A DNA stretch of 63,910 nt, the filler included, from Octopus bimaculoides (lineage: Eukaryota): the NCBI RefSeq assembly GCF_001194135.2. It is 6 parts of 6 records of this genome, joined end to end, with 100 filler letters (N's around TTAATTAATTAA, not from the genome) between each part and the next. Parts side by side here need not be neighbours in the genome. Positions count along the whole stretch, not along the records: positions 1 to 29,777 come from NC_068981.1; positions 29,878 to 52,933 come from NC_068985.1; 4 more parts are not named here. The stretch is one strand, 5' to 3'. A model generated the notes under the pieces. The model saw only the letters and a list, made by a program, of their open reading frames with translations. It had not been told where the DNA came from and did not search any database. Positions 25,538-38,654 of this stretch are shown here, in pieces; positions within the stretch are counted from its first letter, which is position 1; every line of letters starts with the position of its first letter. A program made the translations under genes and the position numbers.

Positions 25538-25573
<36 letters not shown>

Positions 25574-26029
25574 TTGCAGCTGATATCAAAATAAAATATA
25601 AACAACATATAGGCAATTGTCAGCTTAGTGCAAATAAAACAAAAAGAGGAAAAAGATTAGATACTGAGTAAAATTGTTAAAAAAAAAAAAAGAAGGAAGC
25701 AAACTCTACCCTGAAATTATCTTATGGACCATGAAATAGTCTGAGTAGTGATGCATGGATTTTATTTTCTAAACTAACAATCAGTAATGGTAAAGCAGCC
25801 ATAACGATTATACATTTTATAGTTGAGATCAAAAAATTTAACAATAAACCAAAACGATCGGTGGAGAAAAGTAATTAGGAAGTAGACTTGTTTGAAAGTA
25901 CCAGAGGACCACACTCTTCATTATTATAATAATGCTTTTTATTGTTATTTTTTTTTTTTATTATTGATTTGGGGATTACTATTCGGCCGTTGAAGAGCGG
26001 AAATAGTCGAACATCATAAAAAAAAAAAA

Positions 26030-27845
26030 AAATAGCCATTGCGGAAACAATACTATTCCGGCTCTTTACGTTCTAAGTTCAAATCATGGTCAACTTTTCA
26101 TTTTGTCAATCCGGTGCCGATAAAATAAAGTACCAAGGAATTACTAAAGTCGATATAATCAACTTTATTTTTCCCGAAAGTTGAGGCCTTATGTCCGTGC
26201 TAGAAATCTATATAAGGCAGCGAGCTGGCAGAACTGTTTGCACGCCGGGTAAAATGCTCGGCAAAACTGGTATTTATTTCAACCTCGAAAGGATGAGAGG
26301 CCAAATCGACCTCGGCAGCATTTGAACTCAGAAGGTAAAACCAGACGAAATTCCACTAAGCACTGTGTCTGGCTTGTGCTAACGATTCTGCCAGCTCGTC
26401 TCTTTAAATAAGTGTTTCAAGTATAAATATAAAGCCTGCAATTTTGTGGGGGAGCCAATAACCGATTACATCGAGCCCAGTGCTCAGCTGGTACTTATTA
26501 ACTGGGGTCGTTGTAATCGACAGGCCTCCTCCCCAAAATTTTAGGCCTGATGCCTATAATAGATAGGATTATTATCATTGTTATTATTTGGTCGGTGAAT
26601 AGCGGAAGTGATAGAGCATCGAGCACCAGATAAAATGCCTTGCAGTATTTAGTTACGTTCTTTTACATTCTGATTTCAAATTCTATCGGACTTGTCTTTG
26701 CTTTTCAATCTCTTCAGGATTCTGAGAGAAAAGTATCAGTTAGGTACTGGGGTGAAATTAATCGATAGCTTCCTCCTCGCCAAAAGTAATTTATGGCCAA
26801 TGTTATGTGTCAATGATACAAATTATATTGGGCACAAAGCTAGAAATTTCGAGGAAGGGATAAGCCGATTACATCGACCCCAGTGCGTAACTGGTATTTA
26901 ATTTATCGACCCCGAAAGGATGAAACACAAAGTTGACCTCGGCGGAATTTGAAACCAGAACGTAAAGACAGACGAAATACCGCAGCTCACTGCGGCGGCG
27001 GCGGTGGCGGTGGTGGTGGTGGTGGTGGTTTCTACCATAGGCACATCGTCTGAAATTTCGGGGGAGGGGTTAAGTCAATTACATCAATCCCACTGCTTAA
27101 CTGGTTTTATCGACTATGAAAAGATGAAAGATAATGTAGACTTCGGCGGAATTTGAGCTAAGAACGTCCGGTGCGCGGATGATTCTGCTATAAGCACAAG
27201 ACCAGCAAATTTGGGGCTGTGGGATAATTGATCACATCGACCGCAGTGATCAACTGGTACTTATTCTATCAACCCCGAAAGAGATGGAAGGTAAAGTCGG
27301 TCTCGGCGGAATTTGAACTCAGAACGTAGAGACGGACGAAATACCGCAAAGCATTTTGTCCAGCGTGCTAACGATTCAGCCAGCTTGCCGCCCTAATGAT
27401 ATAAACAATATTCTTTTCTACTCTAAACACAAAGCCCGAAATTTTGAGGGAAGGGGCCAGTCGATTAGATCGAGCCCAGAACACAAATGGCACTTAATTT
27501 ATCGACCCCGAAAGGATGAAAGGCAAAATCGACCTCTACAGAATTTGAACTCAGAACGTAAAGACAGACGAAATACCGCTAAACATTTCGTCCGGCGTGT
27601 TAACGTTTCTTATTTCTTTACTGCCCACAGGGGGCTACACACAGAGGGGATAAACAAGGAAAGACAAACAGATTAAGTCGATTATATCGATTCCTGTGCG
27701 TAACTGGTACTTATTTAATCGACCTCGAAAGGATGAAAGGCAAAGTCGACCTCGGCGGAATTTGAACTCGGAACGTAGCGGCAGACAAAATACCGCTAAG
27801 CATGTCGCCCGGCGTGCTAACGTTTCTGCCAGTTCGCCGCCTTTG
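26030..27845. mobile_element. Cluster of ~8-9 SINE family B copies and fragments, mostly minus strand
   Basis: Repeated CGAAAGGATGAAAGGCAAAGTCGACCTCGGCGGAATTTGAACTCAGAACG and GCTAACGATTCTGCCAGCTCG modules; GAGTTCAAATTCC B-box-like motif on the sense strand. Confidence 0.9.
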
Positions 27846-28569
27846 ATAAAATATACATCATTCAAGCTCTGGAAACAATTGAATTCACTACACCGGCCTG
27901 ATAATTTTAGGAATCACAAAAGGGATATCCAGTATTGCCCTTGAAGTAAAGCAAGCAGTTGGTGGTGAAATTCATTGAATGAAAATCAGCGTAATTCTGC
28001 ATAATTTTATAATGTGAAACTGAATGTTTATATTATTTGTCATAGATATACACAGAATGTTTCACTTCTCAAAATGTTGCTTGCTTTTCAAAAAAGAACC
28101 CCCCCCCCAAGAAACGTGCTGTTACAGGAATTAACATAATGACATTCTTATCGTGACAACTCAGTCAATATATGTATATATAATGTATATAAAAAAGAAA
28201 CTGATGAAAACAAAGTAAAATTTTATTAATTATTTTTATGAAAAAACATTAGAAGACTTTCCCCTCTGGCTGAGAGCGTAAGAACGTCGCTTCGTAACTC
28301 TGTATTTTCTGAATCACTCGAGACACTCATAACAATTGTTAAAACGATCAGATAATTTAGGTAAGATTGTTAATAATATTATTTCTTATAGTCAAATATA
28401 GGAAACATATATAAAAATACAGTTATTTATGCGATAATTAGTACGTGTGTTGATAATTGTTATAGTAACCCTCCTGCGATACAACAAGATATATTTCAAC
28501 ACAAAGTTCAAATTAAGAATCTTGCAAATCAAATACAAAACGAGGTTGTACTTTTCTTTACTTGTATAC

Positions 28570-29600
28570 GTATAATGTTGGAAAGGAAGTTTTGTAGATT
28601 TCAAGATGGACAAGAAATAAATGATTCTTTGGTCTTAATTGATATATTTAATCAAGATGATATTTACCATCTATTATTGATAACTCTATCTATTTGGCAA
28701 ATTGTTGATCTTTTGGGTATAAAATTCTTCAGATTTCTTGGCAAAGAAACACTCAATATCATTTTTAATCTTTTCGTAATTAATTAGTCACTTTCCCTCA
28801 AAATAATGTTGCAATGATTTTTTAAAATGATAGGAGCAAGAGTATGGAGGACGTAGCAAAACTTTCATATTTGGTGCCTTAATCTTTTTCTGAGTGATTT
28901 AGACAATATATAACCATGCGCTATCGTATAAAAGTAATATCCGTTTACTTCTGACCAATGATGGGCGCTTTTTCTACAAATTTTTGTGCAGCGCTTTGAC
29001 GACAATACTTCTACACATTTACTGTTCCATTTTGTTTTAACACATCATGATGAACGACACCCTTTACATACCACCAAGCAGAGAGAATTGTTTTCCAGAT
29101 GTATTTCTGGTTTGGGGATCGATTCTCCTTATTCTTTGGGTGCTAACTATTGCCACCTTCGATGGATATGATTATAGAGGACCCAATTTTCATCTCTTCT
29201 GATGATCCTACCCAGGAAAGGTTTCAAAGCAAGACTACTCGTCAATGATAAACAAAAGACAACTCTTTGATTAAAGTGAGAAGCTGTCAGATGATGTGAG
29301 ACACTTTGACCGAGTTTAGACACTTTACCTAGTTCTTGAAGATATTTGACCACAATATGACTTGAAATTCTCGTGCACTTGGCTTTGGATTTTCATCAAC
29401 CACAGTTTTCAGAAGCTCAATATGCGCACAATTTCTTAGAGAGAAACATTTCCTGGGTGAAACTTGCCAAACCATCATTGGCATGTTCGAATACGTTGAA
29501 CTTCTTTTCTCTAAACGGAACGAATATTTCTTGCTGCTTCTATTTCTGAAAAACTCTATTTGAATTTATACAGCACGTAGTATTTAATATGGGCCTGATC
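28570..29600 (-). mobile_element. Decayed mariner (DD34D-type) transposon
   Basis: LGKVSKLGQSVSHHLT...PFLGRIIRRDENWVLYN (WVPHEL/TGDEKW motifs), LRPPYS (HPPYSPDL), and C-terminal FFAKKSEEFY...LPNR. Confidence 0.8.
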
Positions 29601-29821
29601 TAAACTCATTTTAAAGGGTAAAATTGATATCAATTAACTACGGTATAAAGTTATCTGCAAAGAAAGAAAAAAACAAAAAAAACATTTCAATGTAAAAATC
29701 AATGCTTAATTTACAGTAGTATGGAAAAAGTAGCCTCAAACCTATCATGCCAAAACTGTAATAGGACTTTCTTTCTANNNNNNNNNNNNNNNNNNNNNNN
29801 NNNNNNNNNNNNNNNNNNNNN

Positions 29822-29833
29822 TTAATTAATTAA
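29822..29833. other. Artificial contig linker TTAATTAATTAA (also 52978-52989, 55546-55557, 60744-60755, 62848-62859)
   Basis: In all five cases exactly 44 N + 12 nt + 44 N = 100 nt; the palindrome has stops in all six frames. Confidence 0.95.
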
Positions 29834-31560
29834 NNNNNNNNNNNNNNNNNNNNNNNNNNNNNNNNNNNNNNNNNNNNGCTTCGTTTTTTTTGCTTTTCTA
29901 ATGTTTATCTTTTTATTTTATATTGTTTTATTTCATTTTATTTGTTGATTATTTGATATATTGTTTGTTCCTTTTGTGTTTTTATTGTTGTTCTTTTTCT
30001 TATTGATTAGGTTGCTTCGCAGTCAGTTATTGGGTTGTAAGCGTGTCGGGAGTATTAGAGCTGGGGACGTGTGAGGGTGTCAGGTGGGGTTGTCGGGCGT
30101 GTGGGTGTGTTCATCGATGATAGAGAGTCTGGATAAGGGTTAGTGGTTATGACGTGGGAGAGAAGGAAGTGGAAAAGAAGAGGAATTGAATATAGAAAAT
30201 TAAGGACGGTCGAATTGAAAGATAATGAGGACGTTGATAAGGAACAGCAGGAGGAGGAGGACGACGACGACGACGATAACGATGTGGTGGAGAGGTAGGA
30301 GGAGGAGATGGGGAGGAGAAAAAGTAGGGGTAAGAGTAGAGGAGGAGGGTAGAGATGGAAGAGGATGACGACAATGTAGACGTCAATGCTATTGTTACAC
30401 GTTTCTTACGTAGGACATTTTAGTGTCTTGTCTTTTGTGTAGCGTTAGAACAATGTAAATCGTTTTGTTTACTTGTTGGGAAGTGTCTCCGGAGAAAATG
30501 TGTTGTGTTGGTGGTCTTATATTATTACGTCGTGATTCCGCATACAATGAGGTGTATGAGTAACGTTATATCGTTAGTAGGTGATTGTATAGAGAAAAAG
30601 TTGGTAACGAGGCCTTTATTGACTCCTATGGGCTCTGTGGATGTCCATGGAATCGATAAACACCTGAAACAATTTTGAGCATTAAGGAAGCTGAATTATT
30701 CGCGAACGAAATGTAGGAGAGCGCTATAATTAAAGGCTATAAACTCACCAGTTTCAAGCCAAATATCGGCATAATAGCTAGTATTCTCCAAACACATATT
30801 TCACATTAAATATTCCAACTACATCAATGAGTGATCTTTTTTCTAAGAACTTCGTAATAAGCAAGCAACAACAACAAAAATATTAAATAAATATATTCTA
30901 TGCATCGTTTTCTTTATTCCTTATTTTCAATTCAAACTTCTAATTCCTCCAGTGTGAAGAAATGATTATCTCCCTTGTGTTAACTCCCTTGGGTCCGCCA
31001 GTGGACATCACTTGTTCTTTAAATATTTTTATTAAAAGCGGTAATGACACAAAACAACGAAGGAATTATTGTTTCAAAATCAAAGAAAATTTTTTATTGA
31101 TTATGCTGTAAGTTTATTCTAGAAATTAGCATGATGAGGTTAATAAGTCACCACCGATTTCCTGAAGGATTCAACGATATAAGAAGTTTGCCCTGGTTTA
31201 GAGTATGCGTTATGTGGGATGTAGTGTTACAGTAAATATATTCTACGTAAGATATAGCTGCGTCTAGCAAAGCTATAATCTGTGAAGATTTTCGAAACCT
31301 GCTATGATTTTCAGGTGTTTCCTTACATTCTAATGCTGTTTGTTATGCTTTTTCCTTAACTCACAAACAGCTTATTTCTAGAAGACATTGCTGGTTCGAG
31401 ATAAACTCAATGAACATAAAAGTGCCGTCAGCCGATCCTGCCGAACTGCGTGCAGAGCGGCGAAACTGTTCTGTACATACTCGTCCAGTACCCGAACAAT
31501 GTTGAGTCCCCTCCCCCAAGTTTCAGGCCTTGTACCTATAGAAGAAAGGATTATTATTAT

Positions 31561-31929
<369 letters not shown>

Positions 31930-31930
31930 T

Positions 31931-32486
31931 ACTGAGTGAGAGAGCAGTGCATGCCATCAAAGTGACACTAGAGTAAAATATCCGAAGCTCAGTATACCCA
32001 TCATGACTACCTGTCTGATAAGGGTACACAAGGCACATGCATCACAACCATATGTGCGCGACATGGTGATCTCATACCAAGATAAACATCGCATGACCTT
32101 GCAGGTAGGCTCCAGTTAGAATTTTCTTCAGGTCGAGTAGCCCATCCCGCTCAAAAGGTCCCTCAATAAGGTTTGTTTAAGTATGTTGAACGAAACACCA
32201 ATGTTTCCAAAGGTAAATTATCCAAACCCCAAAGAGTTCCTCTCAACACATGACTATGATGCTCCCCCACTACTTCTGCTCGTGATCAGAGATGCACATG
32301 TCGTCAGCCACTAAGGGACATGCTCAACTGGTTAAGATCAAGCAACTGACAAGCAAATCTGTGGTATTGAGCAGAATATTTACTGCAGCCCATCTTTTAT
32401 ACCAAGACAAAACAATGTACATGATAGAACCTCCAATCAGTTAAGATCAGAAGCCATGAGAACCACTGTCTGGTACTGCATCAGGG

Positions 32487-32488
<2 letters not shown>
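31931..32488. mobile_element. ~560-bp non-coding interspersed element in (TTA)/(TCA) tracts
   Basis: Its CTGGTACTGCATCAGGGCA-(TTA)n end recurs at 60847-60898; no ORF; orientation not established. Confidence 0.6.
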
Positions 32489-32560
<72 letters not shown>

Positions 32561-32562
32561 TA

Positions 32563-32776
32563 AAGGCGGTGTGCTGGCAGAACCGTTAGCACGCCGGGTA
32601 AAATGCGTTGCTGTATTTCGTCCGTCCTTACGTTTTGAGTTCAAATTCCACCAATGTCGACTTTGCTTTTCATCCTTTCGGGGTCGATAAATTAAGAACC
32701 AGTGAAATACTAGGGTCGATATAATCGACTAGTCCCCTGTCCCTAAACTTCAGACCTTGTACCTTTAGTAGAAAGG

Positions 32777-32780
<4 letters not shown>
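32563..32780 (+). mobile_element. SINE family B, full length with (TTA)n tail
   Basis: AGGCGGTGTGCTGGCAGAA...GAGTTCAAATTCC...AGAAAGGATTATTATT. Confidence 0.9.
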
Positions 32781-32850
<70 letters not shown>

Positions 32851-32876
32851 CATTATCATCATCATCATCATCATCA

Positions 32877-32943
<67 letters not shown>

Positions 32944-33149
32944 CATTATTATTACAAAGGTAGTGAGCTTGTGTAATATTTAGCGCGTCGGACAAAATGC
33001 TTAACGGCATTTCTTTCGGCTCTTTATGTTCAAATCCCGTCGTGGTTAATTTTGCCTTTTGTCATTTCAGGGTCTTGTTTTTCGTTGTTTATATTTACTG
33101 CTAAACTGACTACAACTTTACGCAGTGTTCTCTTTTGTTTTTGTATTTC

Positions 33150-34080
33150 ATTATATTGAAATTTCTCTAAATATATATTTACAGTATCTTAATTGTGTTA
33201 TTTTTCTCCTATGTCCTAATGTTTGGGTTATGCATTTGTCTACATATTTGTAAACATTTCTAATGAACCTATTGGTTTAAGAACTGTTTGGGTTTGCAGA
33301 TTCACGTCTTTATATTTGTATTATTTCTTTTTAGAAATACGGTCTCTCATCACAAGGTACCCCCTTACTTGCTTATCCTTGACAACAATATCTGGCTATT
33401 TAGCCATGTTCTCCTTGTCTTTGTATATTGGTAAATACAGTTACCTTGCCGTTTTCTCCACTTTTTCTGGTGTATGTCTACACCACCTCTTTTCAGTTGG
33501 TATTTGATCTGGTATAATTTCAAGTGTAAGAAAAACATTTCATGTTTATCAATATATTCATTCTTGGTTAAAACAAGACAACCAGAAACACTATTGTAAC
33601 AATTTCCTCCTCATCTTCACGTATTCTGCAATTCTGCATCATTACATGTTTTTAGTAGGTCTTGGTGAAAAGGCTTTGATCCTCTACCACAATCAAAAAC
33701 CCTTTAGATTCGTTTTAGAATCATACATTTCTCAAACACATCTACCCTATTCAGCAGGTATTGACCATGTAGAGACTGTTTTTCCTATCGCTTCATTATA
33801 ACATTCCGAAGCTCCATTCCGTAGCCCCTTTTTTATTTTAGTTTGTATGATTTTCACAATGCCTGTTGTTTCTCCTTTTCATTCATACCTGTCTCTTTTG
33901 AACCATTTTCATTTTCTTTTCTGGATATTTTAAAGGTTTCCCCCACATGGTTTTTGTTGTCTTTGTTACGTATCGATGACCGCGATATGTAAAAGTTTAA
34001 AAAGAACTCATCTTCGATAAGCTATCTCTATAATTTATCCCAATGTCAGCGGCAATAACTAGGATTATCTCTACCGTCTT
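33150..34080 (-). mobile_element. Decayed R4/Dong-type LINE (CCHC and RLE region)
   Basis: CRI..EEE.V..IVSGC..L, ..PDIVVKDK and K(Y)KD motifs, with frameshifts. Confidence 0.65.
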
Positions 34081-34271
34081 GGCAATGTTCGGGATTGTGG
34101 GGTAGATTCTGACAAGAAACTCTACAAACTGGAATTAATTCAAGGATTTGGCTATTTTATTATTCTATGAGTGTACTACTGCCAGACTCATCAACAAACT
34201 ATGTACAGAACAATGCATGTGCGTTTATGTGCGTATGTTTATACATCTATGTGTATATATGTATATATATA

Positions 34272-34323
<52 letters not shown>

Positions 34324-34799
34324 GGTGTGTATAGGTATGTATGAATGTATATATCTGTTTGTGTGTATATGTATGTGTGTTGGTGTACATGTGTGTATAT
34401 CTATGTGTATATGTGTATGTGTGTGGGAAAATGTGTCATAATTCACCGGTTAATATATGAATTGTTGTGGGTTTGTGTCTGTGCGAAAAATGCCATCATT
34501 GGTATTGTATGCTGACCTCCGACCCCTAATCTTTGGCTTGCGGGAAAGCGGTGAAGGCCTTTATTTCCTGCAGCACATATGCACATAAACCCATAGTTAC
34601 GTATACACACACACACATACACACGTGCAGACAGGCACAGGCACAGGCACACACAGAGGCATACACACATACACACATACACACACACATACACACACAG
34701 ACATACAAAATGATACAAAAACACAGACACATGAACATTAAAACATCTTTATAATGCAGTAAGTTAGAGAAGAAAGAAGGAAAAAGAGGAATAGCAAGA

Positions 34800-34862
34800 G
34801 GGATGTATCAGAAAGAGGGAGACAGACAGACAGAGCCATAGAAAGACAGACAGGCAGCAGAC

Positions 34863-34952
<90 letters not shown>
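34800..34952. repeat. Compound (GACA)n(GATA)n microsatellite; similar tracts at 40100-40262 (TAGG), 40548-40622 and 48765-48895
   Basis: Direct reading. Confidence 0.95.
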
Positions 34953-34955
<3 letters not shown>

Positions 34956-35295
34956 TGTGTTAAAGATGAAGTGAGAGACAGAGAAGGGATAAAACTGAAA
35001 CGGAAGAGGAGAGGAGCAGAGAGAATAATAGAGACAGGGAAACGGGAGAGGAAGGGGAGGAGGGATATAGTGATAAAAGAGAGGGGATGGGGGAGAGAGT
35101 GAAGCTGAGAAGTATGTAAGCTGTGTTGTGATTCGCCGATTGAACAAAGACGAAATTGACTCGTTTCAGACAAAGTTCAATGAATGAAAGAAGAAATGTA
35201 TGAATGAAATATTGAAAGACTATATGAATGAACGTTTGTTCAAATGACGTCATCAGTCTGGAAAAGGAATACGGTTGCTTTACTATAAGGTTACG

Positions 35296-35532
35296 TCATT
35301 TCAACGGCGCAGTTGCCACTCTTGTCTTCAATGGTGAAGGATGGATGGAGAATTTCTCCAGGAGAAAGACAAGACTGTCGTTGTTGGTATCTTTGACGCT
35401 GCTGCTGCTACTGCAGCTGTTGCAGCTGCTACTTTGGATCTTGTTGTTGTTGTTGTTATTGTTGGAGCTGTTCATCTTTTTGTCGATGCCGTTATTAAAC
35501 TTAGTTGGCCCTAATCGAGCAGATCTTTCTGT
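35296..35532 (-). CDS. Candidate terminal coding exon of an unidentified host gene (79 codons, Asn/Ser low complexity)
   Basis: Acceptor-like TTTGACATTCATTCAG, then open frame TERSARLGPTKFNNGIDKK...DSLVFLLEKFSIHPSPLKTRVATAPLK*. GC-richer than its flanks, no TE motif seen, upstream exons not found. Confidence 0.4.
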   Translation of the reverse strand, partial: TERSARLGPTKFNNGIDKKMNSSNNNNNNNKIQSSSCNSCSSSSSVKDTNNDSLVFLLEKFSIHPSPLKTRVATAPLK

Positions 35533-35694
35533 CTGAATGAATGTCAAACATAACAATCCTGTACCTTCAGACATTTTATCTACGATGACGGTATGCAATG
35601 CAGCGTACCGTAGGAAAGAGAATTAGCTGCTATTTCCAACATGTCGAGTAATTTTAAAACGACAAAATTTCAGATTTGAAAGTTTAGAAGAACA

Positions 35695-35742
<48 letters not shown>

Positions 35743-36356
35743 NNNNNNNNNNNNNNNNNNNNNNNNNNNNNNNNNNNNNNNNNNNNNNNNNNNNNNNNNN
35801 NNNNNNNNNNNNNNNNNNNNNNNNNNNNNNNNNNNNNNNNNNNNNNNNNNNNNNNNNNNNNNNNNNNNNNNNNNNNNNNNNNNNNNNNNNNNNNNNNNNN
35901 NNNNNNNNNNNNNNNNNNNNNNNNNNNNNNNNNNNNNNNNNNNNNNNNNNNNNNNNNNNNNNNNNNNNNNNNNNNNNNNNNNNNNNNNNNNNNNNNNNNN
36001 NNNNNNNNNNNNNNNNNNNNNNNNNNNNNNNNNNNNNNNNNNNNNNNNNNNNNNNNNNNNNNNNNNNNNNNNNNNNNNNNNNNNNNNNNNNNNNNNNNNN
36101 NNNNNNNNNNNNNNNNNNNNNNNNNNNNNNNNNNNNNNNNNNNNNNNNNNNNNNNNNNNNNNNNNNNNNNNNNNNNNNNNNNNNNNNNNNNNNNNNNNNN
36201 NNNNNNNNNNNNNNNNNNNNNNNNNNNNNNNNNNNNNNNNNNNNNNNNNNNNNNNNNNNNNNNNNNNNNNNNNNNNNNNNNNNNNNNNNNNNNNNNNNNN
36301 NNNNNNNNNNNNNNNNNNNNNNNNNNNNNNNNNNNNNNNNNNNNNNNNNNNNNNNN

Positions 36357-36415
<59 letters not shown>

Positions 36416-36429
36416 TGTACGCGCACATG

Positions 36430-37380
36430 TGTGTGCCATCTCCCTCGTCGATGTGGAGGCCTCCCGAATGGCTTTTCCCATCTCTTGAATACCACTCGAC
36501 AACTGCACGGATCTACCCGTTGTCTGCAAATCTTGTGACATGTCCGGCTCGGCGGAACTTGTACATTCGGTCTTCTGCAATTACATCGTTCACTCCGTTC
36601 CATTCTCGAATTATCTCAATTCACATATACTCACGCAATGATATTTGTAGCATGGATATTTCCATGGCCCCTTGGCGTCGTTCTTCCCTCTTCGTGGTAG
36701 CCCATGTCTTACTTGCGTATAAAAGCACAGGTAGGATGGTGTTATTGAAGAATCTGGCACGTATCGTTTTGTCCAGCTTTGCTTTGAGCATCTCCTTTTT
36801 TGGGGTAAACACCTTCCATGCTGCTCTTATTCTCTTCAAGATTTCAGCATCCATGTTTCGGCACATATTCACTGTTCACTCTAAATGGATGCACCTTGTT
36901 TTACCTCCTCCATTTCTTCGCTTCCTGATTCTGTTCGGCTTTGTGCTATGTTTTCGGAATGCATGTTATTTTATTTTTCATGAGGTTCATTTTAAGACTA
37001 AATTCTGAGCTATGATTGTCTAGCTGTGTCAGCATGTTTTTCAGCTGATCTGTGGTTTCAGCGATGAGTACGATGTCATCTCCTAATCGTTGATGTTCAC
37101 GCCACCTGTCCAGTGATTGTCTCTGATGACCATTTCTAGACATGCGATGAAGAGCTCTGGAGAGATGGTATCTCCTTGCTTGACGTCCTTCCTGATTGAG
37201 ACTCTTACTGATGGTGATAACAGAGCCGTATCACTGATGAATCCAGAGAGAGAATCCCTCCAGCAGTTAGTTGTATTGCGCAACGATACCTTGCATTTCG
37301 GCATTGGATTCATCTCGATGTTATCGAAGGCCTTTTCGGAGTCGACGAAAGCCTACTCCCTCAGCTATTTGTCATTACCT
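36430..37380 (-). mobile_element. RTE-clade LINE fragment (RT plus C-terminus) with internal deletions
   Basis: VKQGDTISPELFIACLE, DDIVLIAETTDQL, and RARFFNNTILPVLLYASKTWA. Confidence 0.85.
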
Positions 37381-37763
37381 GGTTTCGATAATCTGGTGGC
37401 TATTACCCTAATAAACAGCTCATAGAGGTAAAACAAGAGGCATACGAAGCGATTCCTTAAATCCTCTTTATCACCCTTCTTATGGGAAGACGGGAAGATG
37501 GGAAGACAAATTAATTAAACGATAAGCAAGTTGGCGCAATCTAGAAAGAACTNNNNNNNNNNNNNNNNNNNNNNNNNNNNNNNNNNNNNNNNNNNNNNNN
37601 NNNNNNNNNNNNNNNNNNNNNNNNNNNNNNNNNNNNNNNNNNNNNNNCAGTGATGTATAACGTATAACATTTGATAGTCTGAGTCTGGCCAACGTAGTGA
37701 TGGTGTCGACTAACAGTTACCCTCCAAATCGATAGCATTGTACCAAAATTATAACCTATTATA

Positions 37764-37794
<31 letters not shown>

Positions 37795-37837
37795 CTGCTG
37801 TTGCTGTTGATGTTGATGCTGATGTTGCTGCTGCTGC

Positions 37838-37889
<52 letters not shown>

Positions 37890-38022
37890 AAGGCTGAATC
37901 GTTTGCGCACCGGACTAAACGCTTAGCGGCATTTCGTCCGTCTTTATGTTCTGAGTTCAAATTCCGCTGAAGTCGACTTTGTCTTTCATTCTTTCAGAGT
38001 CGATAAAATAAGTACCAGTTGA
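37890..38022 (+). mobile_element. SINE family B fragment
   Basis: CATTTCGTCCGTCTTTATGTTCTGAGTTCAAATTCCG...AAGTACCAG. Confidence 0.8.
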
Positions 38023-38029
38023 CCATACT

Positions 38030-38348
38030 TCACGGTTGTTATAACCTTTGATTATAGATCACAATTATTATAACCTTTAATCATAAATCACGGTTATTAC
38101 AACCATTAATCCCAGATCACGGTTATTTCAACCTTCCATCATAGATCATGTTTATTACAACCTTTATTCATAGATCATGGTTATTTCAACATTTGATCCT
38201 AGATCAGGCTTATTACAACATTTGATCATAGATCGCCGTTATTACAACATTTAAATATAGACCTCGGTTATTTCAGCATCTGATAAAAAAGATCACAGTT
38301 CTTCCAGCCGTTAATCGTTAGTCGAGGTTATTCCATTCTTTGATTATA
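38030..38348. repeat. 29-bp degenerate minisatellite, ~11 copies
   Basis: Consensus CACGGTTATTACAACCTTTGATCATAGAT. Confidence 0.9.
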
Positions 38349-38654
38349 GACTAATTGACATCACCTAGACAGAATTAAACAGCAAAAAACTTCCCTCTAG
38401 TCATTCAATTAGCCTTTATAGTACGGTAAGAAACAAACTCTGACTTCCGCCCTAAAATAAATCGCTTTCAGGTTCTCCCTCACTGCGCAGCCATTACTTT
38501 CATTAAGTTATACAAAAGCAAGCTATTAAAAAAGTTATATTTTATGTGTTAGAGTTGCGCCCTGTTAGAAATATCAGTCAAATCTTCTTCAAATGATAAA
38601 CTACCATATTGAAAGGACGGTGACATATTAGATCATGCAAGTAATACATAGAGA

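Noticed and set aside
29199-29228. CTGATGA...GGAAAGGTTTC
   Set aside because: Stem II register is incompatible with a free G12, and it is the antisense of the mariner ORF.
35160-35256. Minus-strand CTGATGA...GAAACGAGTC
   Set aside because: Stems I and II do not pair.
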